Notes: generated by a model not told the origin, from the letters alone. A stretch of 64,000 nt of DNA from Chitinophagaceae bacterium (GCA_036009775.1 DASYLC010000160.1:6380-70379), one strand, 5' to 3'; positions 1 through 9,807 are shown, numbered from the stretch's first letter. Translations and numbers: made by a program.

Positions 1-541
1 CATAGCCATTGTTCTCGATAATAAAGATGACCGGCAGATCCCACACGGCCGCCGTATTCAATGCTTCATGAAAATCACCTTCGCTGGTGCCACCATCACC
101 TGTAAATGCTAGTGAAACTTTTTTTTCCTTCCGGAGTTTATGAGCCAGTGCCACACCATCGGCGATCGCCAGTTGCGGACCGAGATGAGAGATCATCCCG
201 CAGATATGGTGCTCCCTGTTGCCAAAATGAAAACTTCTTTCCCTTCCCTTGCTGTATCCTTCCTGTGCTCCCTGCCATTGCATAAACAATTTGTTCAATG
301 GCATATTGCGGGTAGTGAAAACACCGAGATTCCGGTGCAGGGGCATGATCCATTCATCTTCCTGCAGTGCCAGTGTGGCACCTACGGAAATGGCTTCCTG
401 CCCGATACCGCTAAACCATTTGGAGATCCTTCCCTGCCGCAGCAGCACCAGCATTTTTTCTTCGATCATGCGGGGCCAGAGCAGGTTTTTGTAGAAGTTA
501 ACCAATTGTTCGTCAGAAAGGTCTTTTCGATCGAAGGTCAT
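1..541 (-). CDS. 2-oxoacid dehydrogenase E1 component, alpha or alpha/beta fusion (5' part; runs off window)
   Basis: Not in the ORF track. Manual translation from ATG at 541: MTFDRKDLSDEQLVNFYKNLLWPRMIEEKML...KWFSGIGQEA...GDGGTSEGDFHEALNTAAVWDLPVIFIIENNGY, containing the TPP-binding GDG..NN motif. Confidence 0.9.
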   Translation of the reverse strand, partial: MTFDRKDLSDEQLVNFYKNLLWPRMIEEKMLVLLRQGRISKWFSGIGQEAISVGATLALQEDEWIMPLHRNLGVFTTRNMPLNKLFMQWQGAQEGYSKGRERSFHFGNREHHICGMISHLGPQLAIADGVALAHKLRKEKKVSLAFTGDGGTSEGDFHEALNTAAVWDLPVIFIIENNGY

Positions 542-635
542 GAACGTCTGGAGTTTAAGGTTTAACGTTTCAGCGCAAAGTTATGGCTTCACCATTTACA
601 ACAACCTTAAACCTGCAATGGTAACTTTTTAATAC

Positions 636-1910
636 TTATACCACCACCAGCTCATAAAAATCTTCCTCTTGCAGGTATTTTTGTGCGAGTTGCCGCAGCT
701 CTTCCGCGGAGATCGTTTTGATCGTATGAATGGCGTCGTAAAAATATTTCTCTGTCAGGTCATTCAGGATAATGTTCTTCCACCTGGAGATGATCTGGAA
801 AGGGCCATCCAGGTCGCCCAGTATTCCTCCCATCATATAATTCCTTACCAGTAATAATTCTTCTTCATCCACCAGCTCTTCCCGCAGGTCCTTCATCTCT
901 TTATAGATCTCGGTGATCGTTGCGTCACAGACATCCGTACCAACTTCCGTACTGACCAGCCAGGCTGATTGCTGGACATGACTATATAAATAACTATGGA
1001 TGCCGTATGTATAGCCCTTGTCTTCCCGGATATTACTCATCAGTCTCGACCCGAAGAACCCGCCCAATAATGAGTTCAGCACCTGGACCTTTAAAAAATC
1101 AGGATGATGCCGGTTAGGGAATGGTCTTGCGATACGGATAGAACCCTGCACACCGTTGATATCATTGGTGATCCGGAGCTTTTTTTCCGTTCCCCTTTCT
1201 TCAATGATCGTTTTGGTAAAATTGGAGCGATTGGGCAGATCGCCAAAATACTGATTCAGCAAACTGTTGAGGTCAGCAGGCAATCTTCCCGCCACAAATA
1301 AGATTAGTTTTCCCTGTTGATAATACTGTTTATAAAAATCCACCAGTTGCTCCTGGTTGAGTGCATCGAAATCCTCTGCCTTGCTGAATTTACCATAGGG
1401 ATGTTTCTCCCCATATAAACAAACATCGATCATCCTTCCCGCCACAAAATCGCTTTTTTTCAGGTTCACCTGCAAGCGCTGTTTCATATTCTGTTTATAA
1501 ATATCAAGCTCTTCCTGTGGTAATACGGAGTCGGTGATCAGCTCTCTCACCACCGGTAACAACTCTTTGACATGTTTTGTCAGGCAATGAAGCGTGAGGG
1601 TAGCCGTTTCATTATAGCAGGCCCTGTTCAGGTAAGAACCATAATATTCAAAATGCTCATTGATCTGGAAAGCAGTTTTTTGCGACGTTCCGTTACGCAA
1701 TAAAAAATTCGTAGTGGCCGCCACCAGGTTCTGCTCTTCCTGCCAGTTACCTCCAAAAAAGACCCACTCAAGGGACAGTACCTCTTCTGCCCCTGCATTC
1801 ACGGCATACACTTCCACGCCATTATCCAAAGAATATTTTTCCACGGGTTTTAACCGGAGATCAAAATCGACTGCATCGACTATTTCGGGGGCCTGTTTCC
1901 TGTCTGGCAT
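636..1910 (-). CDS. M16 (pitrilysin) family peptidase, non-catalytic subunit
   Basis: GSRLMSNIREDKGYTYGI motif; lacks HxxEH; follows the active M16 gene. Confidence 0.88.
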   Translation of the reverse strand: MPDRKQAPEIVDAVDFDLRLKPVEKYSLDNGVEVYAVNAGAEEVLSLEWVFFGGNWQEEQNLVAATTNFLLRNGTSQKTAFQINEHFEYYGSYLNRACYNETATLTLHCLTKHVKELLPVVRELITDSVLPQEELDIYKQNMKQRLQVNLKKSDFVAGRMIDVCLYGEKHPYGKFSKAEDFDALNQEQLVDFYKQYYQQGKLILFVAGRLPADLNSLLNQYFGDLPNRSNFTKTIIEERGTEKKLRITNDINGVQGSIRIARPFPNRHHPDFLKVQVLNSLLGGFFGSRLMSNIREDKGYTYGIHSYLYSHVQQSAWLVSTEVGTDVCDATITEIYKEMKDLREELVDEEELLLVRNYMMGGILGDLDGPFQIISRWKNIILNDLTEKYFYDAIHTIKTISAEELRQLAQKYLQEEDFYELVVV

Positions 1911-1927
1911 ATTGATCCTGCTGTTAA

Positions 1928-3169
1928 TTAATTAGTAGTAGAGAGATAATGAATCGTATTACAATTGGTATTGCGGAATATAGCGCGGCTCTCCTGTAAA
2001 ATATCTTCGGTGGTAACGGAACCATATTTCTCCAATTCAAAATTCATCCAGGAAGCATCGCCGAGGATCTCGTAATAGGCCAGGCTGTTGGCCCTGCTCA
2101 TCACACTCATATCCTCGAATGCGATCATACTCTCCGTTTTATTTTTTACTTTCTGTAATTCAGTCTCACTGACCAACTGGCCCTTCATTTTCTCCAGCTC
2201 TTCCTCCACTGCTTTTTCCGCTTCCTCCATCTTTATTCCCTTCACCAGTTTTCCTTCGATCACCACCAGTCCGTTATCTGTACTGCCAAAATGATGACAC
2301 TCGATATTGCTGAACAATTGTTTTTCTTTTACCAGCGACTGGTATAACCTTGAAGAACCGCCACCACTCAGGATATCCGTGAGCAGGTCAATAATATAAT
2401 ATCGCCTGTCCAGCCGCCCCGGCATATGCCAGCATTTATATAAAGCATCCAGCGGCACATTGGCTTTTATCTCCAGTTTTCTTTCTTCTTTTTGTTCGGG
2501 CTCCTGTGGCAGGTTACGTTTATACTCCGACCCGGCGGCAATATCACCGAACCATTTTTCAGCCAGTGTTTTTACTTTTTCCAGGGTAATATTACCCGCC
2601 ACCACCATCACGGCATTAACTGGACGATAATGCTTGAAGAAAAAATTCTTCACATCATCCAGTTTTGCATTTTCAATATGAGAAAGTTCTTTACCGATCG
2701 TCATCCAGCGATAAGGATGTTTTTTATACGCCAGTTCTCTCATCTTGTGCCATACATCGCCGTAAGGTTTGGTGAGATAGTGCTCTTTAAATTCTTCGCA
2801 TACTACTTTCCTTTGTGTTTCCAGGCTTTTCTCATCAAAAGCAAGTGATAACATCCTGTCGCTCTCCAGCCAGAAAGCTGTTTCCAGGTTATCAGCCGGT
2901 AATTGTATATAATAATTGGTGAGATCGTTGGTAGTATAGGCATTGTTCTCGCCACCAGCCATCTGTAAAGGTTCATCGTAACTGGGCACATTTACCGAAC
3001 CACCGAACATCAGGTGCTCAAACAGGTGGGCAAAGCCGGTTTGCCCGGGGTCCTCATCCCTTGCGCCCACGTCATACATGATATTCATTACGGCCATCGG
3101 GGTGCTCAGGTCCTGGTGAAAAATGACACGCAGGCCGTTAGCAAGTGTAAAACGTTCAAACTGGATCAT
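1928..3169 (-). CDS. M16 (pitrilysin) family zinc peptidase, catalytic subunit
   Basis: TGFAHLFEHLMFGGS (inverted HxxEH), NAYTTND, LESDRM. Confidence 0.93.
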   Translation of the reverse strand: MIQFERFTLANGLRVIFHQDLSTPMAVMNIMYDVGARDEDPGQTGFAHLFEHLMFGGSVNVPSYDEPLQMAGGENNAYTTNDLTNYYIQLPADNLETAFWLESDRMLSLAFDEKSLETQRKVVCEEFKEHYLTKPYGDVWHKMRELAYKKHPYRWMTIGKELSHIENAKLDDVKNFFFKHYRPVNAVMVVAGNITLEKVKTLAEKWFGDIAAGSEYKRNLPQEPEQKEERKLEIKANVPLDALYKCWHMPGRLDRRYYIIDLLTDILSGGGSSRLYQSLVKEKQLFSNIECHHFGSTDNGLVVIEGKLVKGIKMEEAEKAVEEELEKMKGQLVSETELQKVKNKTESMIAFEDMSVMSRANSLAYYEILGDASWMNFELEKYGSVTTEDILQESRAIFRNTNCNTIHYLSTTN

Positions 3170-3213
3170 AGTGAAATAACAATCAGTGAATGGAAAAGTT
3201 GATATTCAACCCG

Positions 3214-3242
3214 TTGCTTTCCGCCGGCTGGCGGCTCGCAAT
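3214..3242. repeat. REP-like palindromic repeat, copy 1
   Basis: TTGCTTTCCGCCGGCTGGCGGCTCGCAAT; 28/29 identical to the copy at 4727; internal CCGCC..GGCGG hairpin. Confidence 0.75.
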
Positions 3243-3342
3243 ACCGGGGGTAAAAATAGCCCGCCTCATTCAAGCGGCGGGCACGTAAAAGTATCGAAAT
3301 TATGCGTTGAATACGGGTTCGGGGCCCGGGTTGCCAAATATA

Positions 3343-4539
3343 TTATAGTATGCTTTTTACCTTGAATTCGATCTCTTTCATCACATTTTCACGCCGGACG
3401 ATCAGTTTTATTTTCTCGTTGGGTGCCTGCAGGGCAATTTTATACTGGTTAAGGTTCTGCGAAAAATTCTTGTTCACAGCTATTATCTCATCTCCTTCTT
3501 TTACCCCCGCAGCTTCCGCCGGGGAACCCCTGGCCACATCTCCCACCAGGATCAGGCCTTCGATAAAATACAGTTCAACCCCGGAATAAGAATAATCAAA
3601 TGCATCCGTGTAATGTGTATTGGGGACCAGGTAAATATCACCGCGGGCATAATTCAGTATCACGTTGAAGCGCCGCAGGATATCATTACCGATCAGTCCG
3701 CCCTGGTAAGGATACGATGTTACATTGTTGACATCATCAAAAATATATACCGGTACATTTTTGAATTTGAAAGGCCCTAGCTTCACTTCCCGTATCGTTG
3801 TCAGTTCCATATCGATCTTTCCCCCGGGTCCTTCGCCTTCTTTTACCCAACGTTTCTTTTTGGGATCCACAAAAGAACTGTCTGATACGAAGTCTTTTGA
3901 CAACAGCATGCAAAGCCCTGCGCCCATATCATATAAGAAGCGTGTTGTGATCGTCTCGTTTTCTCTTACCCGCAAAGTCTGTGCTACCAGGGAGTTGATC
4001 GTTGGCTTCAATAAGTAACCACCCCTCGGATAACGAAACGTGCCCTTTGTCCAGAAATGGATCTTCAGGCTATCGTAATCTATTTTCATGATATAACGGC
4101 TCAATACGGAATAGCCGATGATCCCATCGATCCGTTCACCATACACGGCCGTTAATATGCTATAGTCATTGATATGAAAATCCAGGCTATCGATCGTAAT
4201 ACCCGGAAATTTTAGTTTCTGATTATACAAAAATCCAACCTTATATATACCCCCGATCGTGCGGATCGTTCTTTCGGTAGGGGTCGGTTTCAGTTTCAGG
4301 TAATCAACCGTGGTCGAGTCCAGCGAAATACCGCTGCTGCCGGTATCCAGGATAAAATTGAGTGTGTCCAGGAAATCGCCCAGTTTGGCTTTCATGATCA
4401 CAATGCCGCCGGTCAACTGGAAAAAGGGGATCGTTGCCAAATATCTTGATGGCGGTTCAATGAATTCTTCCTGTGCTGCCACCGGTTTAGCGGTCAGCAA
4501 TAATACCCCGGCAAGGAGGATGCAGGCGATTTTCTTCAT
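3343..4539 (-). CDS. Secreted retropepsin-like aspartyl protease with C-terminal PDZ domain
   Basis: Signal peptide MKKIACILL (start moved from 4716 to 4539); FILDTGS and FLYDMGA aspartic motifs, GIIG/GLIG; PDZ motif GSPAEAAGVKEGDEIIAVN. Confidence 0.85.
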   Translation of the reverse strand: MKKIACILLAGVLLLTAKPVAAQEEFIEPPSRYLATIPFFQLTGGIVIMKAKLGDFLDTLNFILDTGSSGISLDSTTVDYLKLKPTPTERTIRTIGGIYKVGFLYNQKLKFPGITIDSLDFHINDYSILTAVYGERIDGIIGYSVLSRYIMKIDYDSLKIHFWTKGTFRYPRGGYLLKPTINSLVAQTLRVRENETITTRFLYDMGAGLCMLLSKDFVSDSSFVDPKKKRWVKEGEGPGGKIDMELTTIREVKLGPFKFKNVPVYIFDDVNNVTSYPYQGGLIGNDILRRFNVILNYARGDIYLVPNTHYTDAFDYSYSGVELYFIEGLILVGDVARGSPAEAAGVKEGDEIIAVNKNFSQNLNQYKIALQAPNEKIKLIVRRENVMKEIEFKVKSIL

Positions 4540-4701
4540 GCAGTTGGTTTTAAGCACAACAGTTTTCACTCCTATGACAATCCTTCTATTCAAAATGATG
4601 CAATGTTTTTTGCCGTTTATATAAATATATTCTATTATAATTAAGATACAGGAACTGCTGGCCGGGTTGCGTACCTGCCGGGTTTTGGAGCTCCTGTAAC
4701 G

Positions 4702-4709
4702 TATCTTTG
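4702..4709 (+). promoter_or_regulatory. Bacteroidota -7 promoter box for mqnC
   Basis: TATCTTTG matches TAnnTTTG, about 70 nt upstream of ATG 4778. Confidence 0.6.
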
Positions 4710-4726
4710 CGTCCATTTCATCCCAT

Positions 4727-4758
4727 TTGCTTTCCGCCGGCTGGCGGATCGCAATGAC
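4727..4758. repeat. REP-like palindromic repeat, copy 2 (in mqnC 5' UTR)
   Basis: TTGCTTTCCGCCGGCTGGCGGATCGCAATGAC; ends in GCAATGAC like Bacteroidota REP-type repeats. Confidence 0.75.
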
Positions 4759-4777
4759 AGGGTTAAAAGGATCAAAT

Positions 4778-5902
4778 ATGGATCTATCAAAATTATATCA
4801 AAAAGCTGCCGGGTTTGAGTTCCTCTCCGTCGAAGAAGGGGTTTATCTCTATCATCATGCGCCCTTGGCCGACCTCATGTTCATTGCCGATGAGTTGAGG
4901 AAAAAACAGGTGCCGCATGGAAAAGTGACCTGGCAGATCGACCGGAACGTCAACACCACTAATGTCTGTATCGCCAATTGTAAGTTCTGCAATTTTTACC
5001 GGATACCCGGCCATGCCGAAGCATATATCACCGATATGCCTACGTACCGTAAGAAGATAGAAGAGACATTGAAATGGGGTGGCGATCAGTTATTATTACA
5101 GGGCGGGCATCACCCGGAACTGGGATTGGATTTTTATGTGAATACATTCCGACAGATCAAACAGGAATATCCTTCTATTAAATTACATACACTGGGTCCG
5201 CCGGAAGTGGCGCATATAACAAAGCTCCAAAAGTCAACACACCGTGAAGTGCTGATGGCATTGAAAGAAGCAGGTATGGATTCGTTACCGGGTGCCGGCG
5301 CCGAGATACTGATCGACCGTGTACGCCGATTGATCAGCAAAGGAAAATGCGGGGCACAGGAATGGCTTGACATCATGCATGAAGCGCATAAACTGAATAT
5401 CACAACAAGTGCAACAATGATGTTTGGTCATGTGGAAACGATCGAAGAACGATTTGAACATCTCGTGAAAATAAGAGAAGTGCAAAGCCGGAAACCGGAA
5501 GAAGCTAAGGGATTTCTCGCATTCATTCCCTGGACCTTCCAGGATGTGGATACATTGCTGGCAAGGATAAGAGGCGTGCATAATCTGACCACGCCTGAAG
5601 AATATATACGAATGATCGCTCTCAGCCGCATCATGTTGCCGAATGTAAAGAATATCCAGGCCAGCTGGCTGACGGTGGGAAAACAAACTGCCGAGATCTG
5701 TTTACATGCCGGCGCCAATGATTTTGGTTCCATCATGCTGGAAGAAAATGTAGTAAGTGCCGCAGGGGCACCGCACCGGTTCACGTATAAAAGTATCCAG
5801 GAAGCGATCCGTGAAGCGGGGTTTGAACCTCAATTGCGCAACCAGCAGTATGAATGGAGGAAGATCCCTGAAACTATTGAAGAACAGGTGATCGATTATT
5901 AG
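4778..5902 (+). CDS. mqnC: Cyclic dehypoxanthine futalosine synthase (radical SAM, CofH/MqnC family)
   Basis: DRNVNTTNVCIANCKFCNF (CxxxCxxC), LLQGGHHP, SLPGAGAEIL, GANDFGSIMLEENVV; start moved to MDLSKL because the ORF-track extension is the REP repeat. Confidence 0.85.
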   Translation: MDLSKLYQKAAGFEFLSVEEGVYLYHHAPLADLMFIADELRKKQVPHGKVTWQIDRNVNTTNVCIANCKFCNFYRIPGHAEAYITDMPTYRKKIEETLKWGGDQLLLQGGHHPELGLDFYVNTFRQIKQEYPSIKLHTLGPPEVAHITKLQKSTHREVLMALKEAGMDSLPGAGAEILIDRVRRLISKGKCGAQEWLDIMHEAHKLNITTSATMMFGHVETIEERFEHLVKIREVQSRKPEEAKGFLAFIPWTFQDVDTLLARIRGVHNLTTPEEYIRMIALSRIMLPNVKNIQASWLTVGKQTAEICLHAGANDFGSIMLEENVVSAAGAPHRFTYKSIQEAIREAGFEPQLRNQQYEWRKIPETIEEQVIDY

Positions 5903-5964
5903 ATTAAAGATAATAGTGAATAGATAATAGTTTGCGGGATAATTAACAACGCTTCATATATACA

Positions 5965-6261
5965 ATGAAAAAAACATTCAGCTGGTTTAGAAAGATCGCA
6001 TTCGCGGAAGGCGTTTCCTTTTTAGTTTTATTATTGATCGCTATGCCGTTGAAATATATGGCGAAGATCCCCGTTGCTGTCACTATAGCGGGTGGATTGC
6101 ACGGGGTTCTTTTCGTTGCGTTCGTTATACTGGCAAGAGAAGTAAAAAGCGATCTTAAAAAAGACTGGAAGTGGATGGGTAAAGCGATACTGGCATCCAT
6201 TCTCCCTTTCGGGACTTTTGTGATGGATAAGGAATGGAGAAAGGAAGAAGCGGCGGCCTGA
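5965..6261 (+). CDS. DUF3817-type small membrane protein
   Basis: FRKIAFAEGVSFL...PLKY...HGVLF...SILPFGTF pattern; three hydrophobic segments. Confidence 0.8.
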   Translation: MKKTFSWFRKIAFAEGVSFLVLLLIAMPLKYMAKIPVAVTIAGGLHGVLFVAFVILAREVKSDLKKDWKWMGKAILASILPFGTFVMDKEWRKEEAAA

Positions 6262-6281
6262 TCTTCTTTTAATGAGTGTAA

Positions 6282-7073
6282 ATGATAGATATAGCCTCTT
6301 TTGAAAAAGCAACAGAGCTCCTGCAACCAAGACGGATCAGTAAATATGTGCTGGCCTGGCGCAGGACGGGAACGCTTACCATAGTGGTGGATGAAAATGA
6401 GTTTACGCTTAAAGCCAACCAGGTCATTACCATCACATCGGGGCAGATCCATTATTTCAAAAAGAATAAAGCAGCTACCGGTTTCGTGCTTGAATTCACC
6501 TATGATTTTTTCTGCAAGGACGACAAGGACATGGAACTGATCTTTCACAACAGCCTGTTCTGTCATTTCGCGATGAATGAAGTAATTGCGCTGGGTAAAA
6601 GCCAGTTGGTGGGATCCGAACTCCGGCAAATTGAAAATGAGTTGAAACAAAAACCTTATCAATACCTTATCTCCGTGCATAGCCGGATCGAACTGGTACT
6701 GGTGGAGATCAACCGCTCCAAAATAAAATCCGGCGGTGAGATCTATAAACCCGATGCGCTCTTTCTGAAATTCCTGGAAGCCATAAGAGCTAATTTCAAA
6801 AAAAATCCTTCTCCCCGGCAGATCGCCGCTTCCCTGCTCACGACGGAATCGAAACTAAATGACCTATCTAAATTACATACAGGCAGAACAGCACAGAGTG
6901 TTATCCATGGTCTGACAGCCTCCGAAGCTAAAAGGATGTTCCTGTATGAAAAATTATCGGTCAAAGAAGTAGCGTACGAACTGGGGTTCAACGACCCTTT
7001 TTATTTTTCGAATTTCTTTAAGAAACATACCCGTCAATCTCCAAAAACATTTAAAGAAAAACATTCCCTCTAA
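6282..7073 (+). CDS. AraC family transcriptional regulator
   Basis: C-terminal SVKEVAYELGFNDPFYFSNFFKKHTRQSPKTFK; N-terminal cupin-like domain. Confidence 0.92.
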   Translation: MIDIASFEKATELLQPRRISKYVLAWRRTGTLTIVVDENEFTLKANQVITITSGQIHYFKKNKAATGFVLEFTYDFFCKDDKDMELIFHNSLFCHFAMNEVIALGKSQLVGSELRQIENELKQKPYQYLISVHSRIELVLVEINRSKIKSGGEIYKPDALFLKFLEAIRANFKKNPSPRQIAASLLTTESKLNDLSKLHTGRTAQSVIHGLTASEAKRMFLYEKLSVKEVAYELGFNDPFYFSNFFKKHTRQSPKTFKEKHSL

Positions 7074-7214
7074 AAGTTACATGCTTTTCCGGTGATCGTC
7101 TATTCTTTGAAGCGCTTGCACAAGCCATCTTTGCCATGTCATTGATAGAAGCAAATCGACCTCTGTCAATGTGGCCCAATCAATTATTTATGCAACCCAA
7201 TAAAAAATAAAAAG

Positions 7215-7658
7215 ATGAAAGAAAGAATGAGCATGAACAAAGCCGCGCCAGGGATTTACAATGCCATGGCTGCGGCAGAAAAAGAGATCGCTGCTTTTGA
7301 CCTGGACCAAAAACTAAAAGATCTGATACTTTTAAGAGTATCGCAGATCAACGGCTGCGGTTATTGCATTAATATGCACACAAAAGATGCCCTGAAAAGA
7401 GGGGAGACCACCCAGCGTCTTTTTGCCATAAGCGCCTGGTGGGAAACACCGTTCTTTACCGAAGAAGAAAGAGCGGTTCTGAAACTGGTGGAACAGGTTA
7501 CCCTGATCGCCAACAGAGGTGTGACAGATGAAGTGTACAACAATGCATTAACTATTCTTGGAGAAAACAAACTGGCGCAGGCGATCTTTGTTATTATTAC
7601 TATTAACAGCTGGAACCGGATCGCTGTTTCCATGCATATGGTAGCAGAGATGGATTGA
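7215..7658 (+). CDS. Carboxymuconolactone decarboxylase / AhpD-like protein
   Basis: LRVSQINGCGYCINMH (CxxC), TINSWNRIAV. Confidence 0.9.
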   Translation: MKERMSMNKAAPGIYNAMAAAEKEIAAFDLDQKLKDLILLRVSQINGCGYCINMHTKDALKRGETTQRLFAISAWWETPFFTEEERAVLKLVEQVTLIANRGVTDEVYNNALTILGENKLAQAIFVIITINSWNRIAVSMHMVAEMD

Positions 7659-7685
7659 TGACCCGCATACTATAAACGAATAAAA

Positions 7686-8477
7686 ATGAAAGAGCAGATC
7701 ATTTGCAGCACTTGTGGCACTTACTACCTGGCGGAAAACAAGCCGGAAACCTGTATCATTTGTCTTGATGAACGTCAATGGGTGCCCGAGACAGGTCAAA
7801 GCTGGACAAAACCGGGAGACCTGCATCTCAAACACAGTGTGAAACTGAACCGCCTCCAGGACCGGCTTTATGAAATAGAGATCAACCCGGTGTTCGCCAT
7901 CGGGCAGCGGGCTTTGCTGGTCCTTTCAGAAAAAGGAAATGTGTTATGGGATTGTATCCCCTTGCTGGATGAATTGACTATTGAATTTATCCGGTCGAAA
8001 GGAGGGCTCAAAGCGATCGGTTTCTCTCATCCTCATTTTTACAGCAACATGAATGATTGGGCCAACCTATTTGATTGCCCGGTGTTCATACACCAGAACG
8101 ATGCAGAACATATCATGAGCAAAGGCGATCAAATACAACTCTGGCGGGGAGATGAAATGGAACTATGGGACGGGATAAAGATCATGCTGATTGGTGGTCA
8201 TTTTGCCGGCAGCAGTATTTTGCATGTGCCTTTTCTTTCTAAAGAAGGAACCATCATTTGCGGTGATACACTGTTCCTTTCACCGGGTAAAAAACATTTT
8301 TCCGTTGTGTACAGTTCCCCCAACCGGATGCCATTACCATTGAAAGAGATGAGGAGGATAAAAGAACGGTTTGAAACTATCCCGTTTGATTCGTTTTATG
8401 GTTATCACCGTATCCAGAATCTTTCCGAAAATGTAAAAGAGATTGTTGAATTATCAATGAACAGGTATTTTGCTTAG
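7686..8477 (+). CDS. Metallo-beta-lactamase-fold hydrolase with N-terminal Cys-rich knuckle
   Basis: ICSTCG..CIICLDERQ, FAIGQRA, SHPHFY, GGHFAGS, CGD. Confidence 0.82.
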   Translation: MKEQIICSTCGTYYLAENKPETCIICLDERQWVPETGQSWTKPGDLHLKHSVKLNRLQDRLYEIEINPVFAIGQRALLVLSEKGNVLWDCIPLLDELTIEFIRSKGGLKAIGFSHPHFYSNMNDWANLFDCPVFIHQNDAEHIMSKGDQIQLWRGDEMELWDGIKIMLIGGHFAGSSILHVPFLSKEGTIICGDTLFLSPGKKHFSVVYSSPNRMPLPLKEMRRIKERFETIPFDSFYGYHRIQNLSENVKEIVELSMNRYFA

Positions 8478-8490
8478 CGAAAAAAGCTAT

Positions 8491-9342
8491 ATGAAAATGA
8501 ATAGTTCTCAAAAAGAAAAAGCGGAACAATTCCGGGCGCTGCATCATTCCGGGAAAATGCTGATACTCCCCAATACCTGGGATGTGCTGGGTGCCTTATT
8601 AATGGAAGACCTGGAATACCCGGCTGTGGCAACCGCCAGCGCCGCTATTGCTTATGCGAACGGGTACGATGACGGCGAGCAAATACCATTTACAGATCTG
8701 CTGACCCTGTTAAAAAAGATCTGCGCCGCTGTTGACCTTCCCGTCACCGCCGATATTGAAAACGGGTATGCTGATACAGATGATCAATTGCAGGAAAAGA
8801 TCAGGGCATTGATCGGTTCGGGTATCACGGGCATTAATATTGAAGACACGGATGCTAAAACACATCAGCTTCATTCTGCCGAAAATCAATGCCGCAGGAT
8901 CAGACTTATACGGAAGCTGGCCGGCAAAATGGATATCCCGCTTTTTATCAACGCCCGGACAGATATTTATTTACATGAAGCTATTTTTCCGGCCCCTGCG
9001 GCAAGGCTGGAAGAAATAATAAAAAGAGGACTTGCCTACCGGGATGCAGGCGCTGATGGGTTCTTCCCCATTCTGCTAAGAAAAGAAGAAGAAATAAAAA
9101 AGATCATAGCTGCTGTCAACCTGCCGTTGAACATCCTCACTCTTCCCGGTATCCCGGAACTGAAAACACTCAGCGGGCTTGGTGTTGCAAGGATAAGCCT
9201 GGGTCCCTCTCTTTTAAAGATCGCCATCCGTTCCATGCGACAAGTGGCAATGCAATTGAAAGACCAGGAAGGATTGACCGCCATCACCGAAAATGAAATT
9301 TCTTCAGATTACCTAAAGAAACTGGTCAGCAAAGAAAATTAA
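8491..9342 (+). CDS. Isocitrate lyase / PEP mutase family protein
   Basis: PNTWD, ATASAAIA, PVTADIENGY, GINIED, FINARTD, AGADG. Confidence 0.88.
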   Translation: MKMNSSQKEKAEQFRALHHSGKMLILPNTWDVLGALLMEDLEYPAVATASAAIAYANGYDDGEQIPFTDLLTLLKKICAAVDLPVTADIENGYADTDDQLQEKIRALIGSGITGINIEDTDAKTHQLHSAENQCRRIRLIRKLAGKMDIPLFINARTDIYLHEAIFPAPAARLEEIIKRGLAYRDAGADGFFPILLRKEEEIKKIIAAVNLPLNILTLPGIPELKTLSGLGVARISLGPSLLKIAIRSMRQVAMQLKDQEGLTAITENEISSDYLKKLVSKEN

Positions 9343-9456
9343 TGTACCCGATTTAACAATCTTTACAACTAAAACTGGTTTTTTTTACTTTTTACATAAA
9401 CAGGGATAGATTAATTTGTTAATGGAAAAAATATTCTTTACCGTTAATAATAGTTT

Positions 9457-9807
9457 ATGAAAAAAGTATTTACCCTCACTTTACTGCTGATCGCCTTCAA
9501 CAGTTTCTCCCAGGACACCGAAAAACTGGAACAATATTGCAAACTGGTAGTCACTGGCAGGATGCTCAGTTCCAAAGTGGTTATCAGTGTTGATTACGGG
9601 GAAGAAAGAAGTCTCTGGAAAGACAACCGGTTAAAAAATGACGATGGAAAACTGGTAAAATTCAACTCCGAGATCGATGCACTTAACTACCTGGGCAAAC
9701 AGGGATGGAAGCTTGTCAATGCCTACCCGGTCGCGACAACATCAAACAGTGTCCCTATCTATCATTATGTATTCAGAAAGGAATTCCCGAGATCAGAAGT
9801 TGAATAA
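9457..9807 (+). CDS. Secreted hypothetical protein (DUF4177-like C-terminus)
   Basis: Signal peptide; DALNYLGKQGWKLV motif. Confidence 0.65.
   Translation: MKKVFTLTLLLIAFNSFSQDTEKLEQYCKLVVTGRMLSSKVVISVDYGEERSLWKDNRLKNDDGKLVKFNSEIDALNYLGKQGWKLVNAYPVATTSNSVPIYHYVFRKEFPRSEVE

Noticed and set aside
140-565. 141-aa + strand ORF and other short ORFs at the window start
   Set aside because: Antisense shadows of the minus-strand E1 dehydrogenase, which has clear TPP motifs
4727-4777. N-terminal extension of mqnC (MLSAGWRIAMTG)
   Set aside because: It is the translation of the REP-like repeat; ATG 4778 is the better start
5943-6680. 245-aa minus-strand ORF
   Set aside because: Antisense to the DUF3817 and AraC genes; no motif
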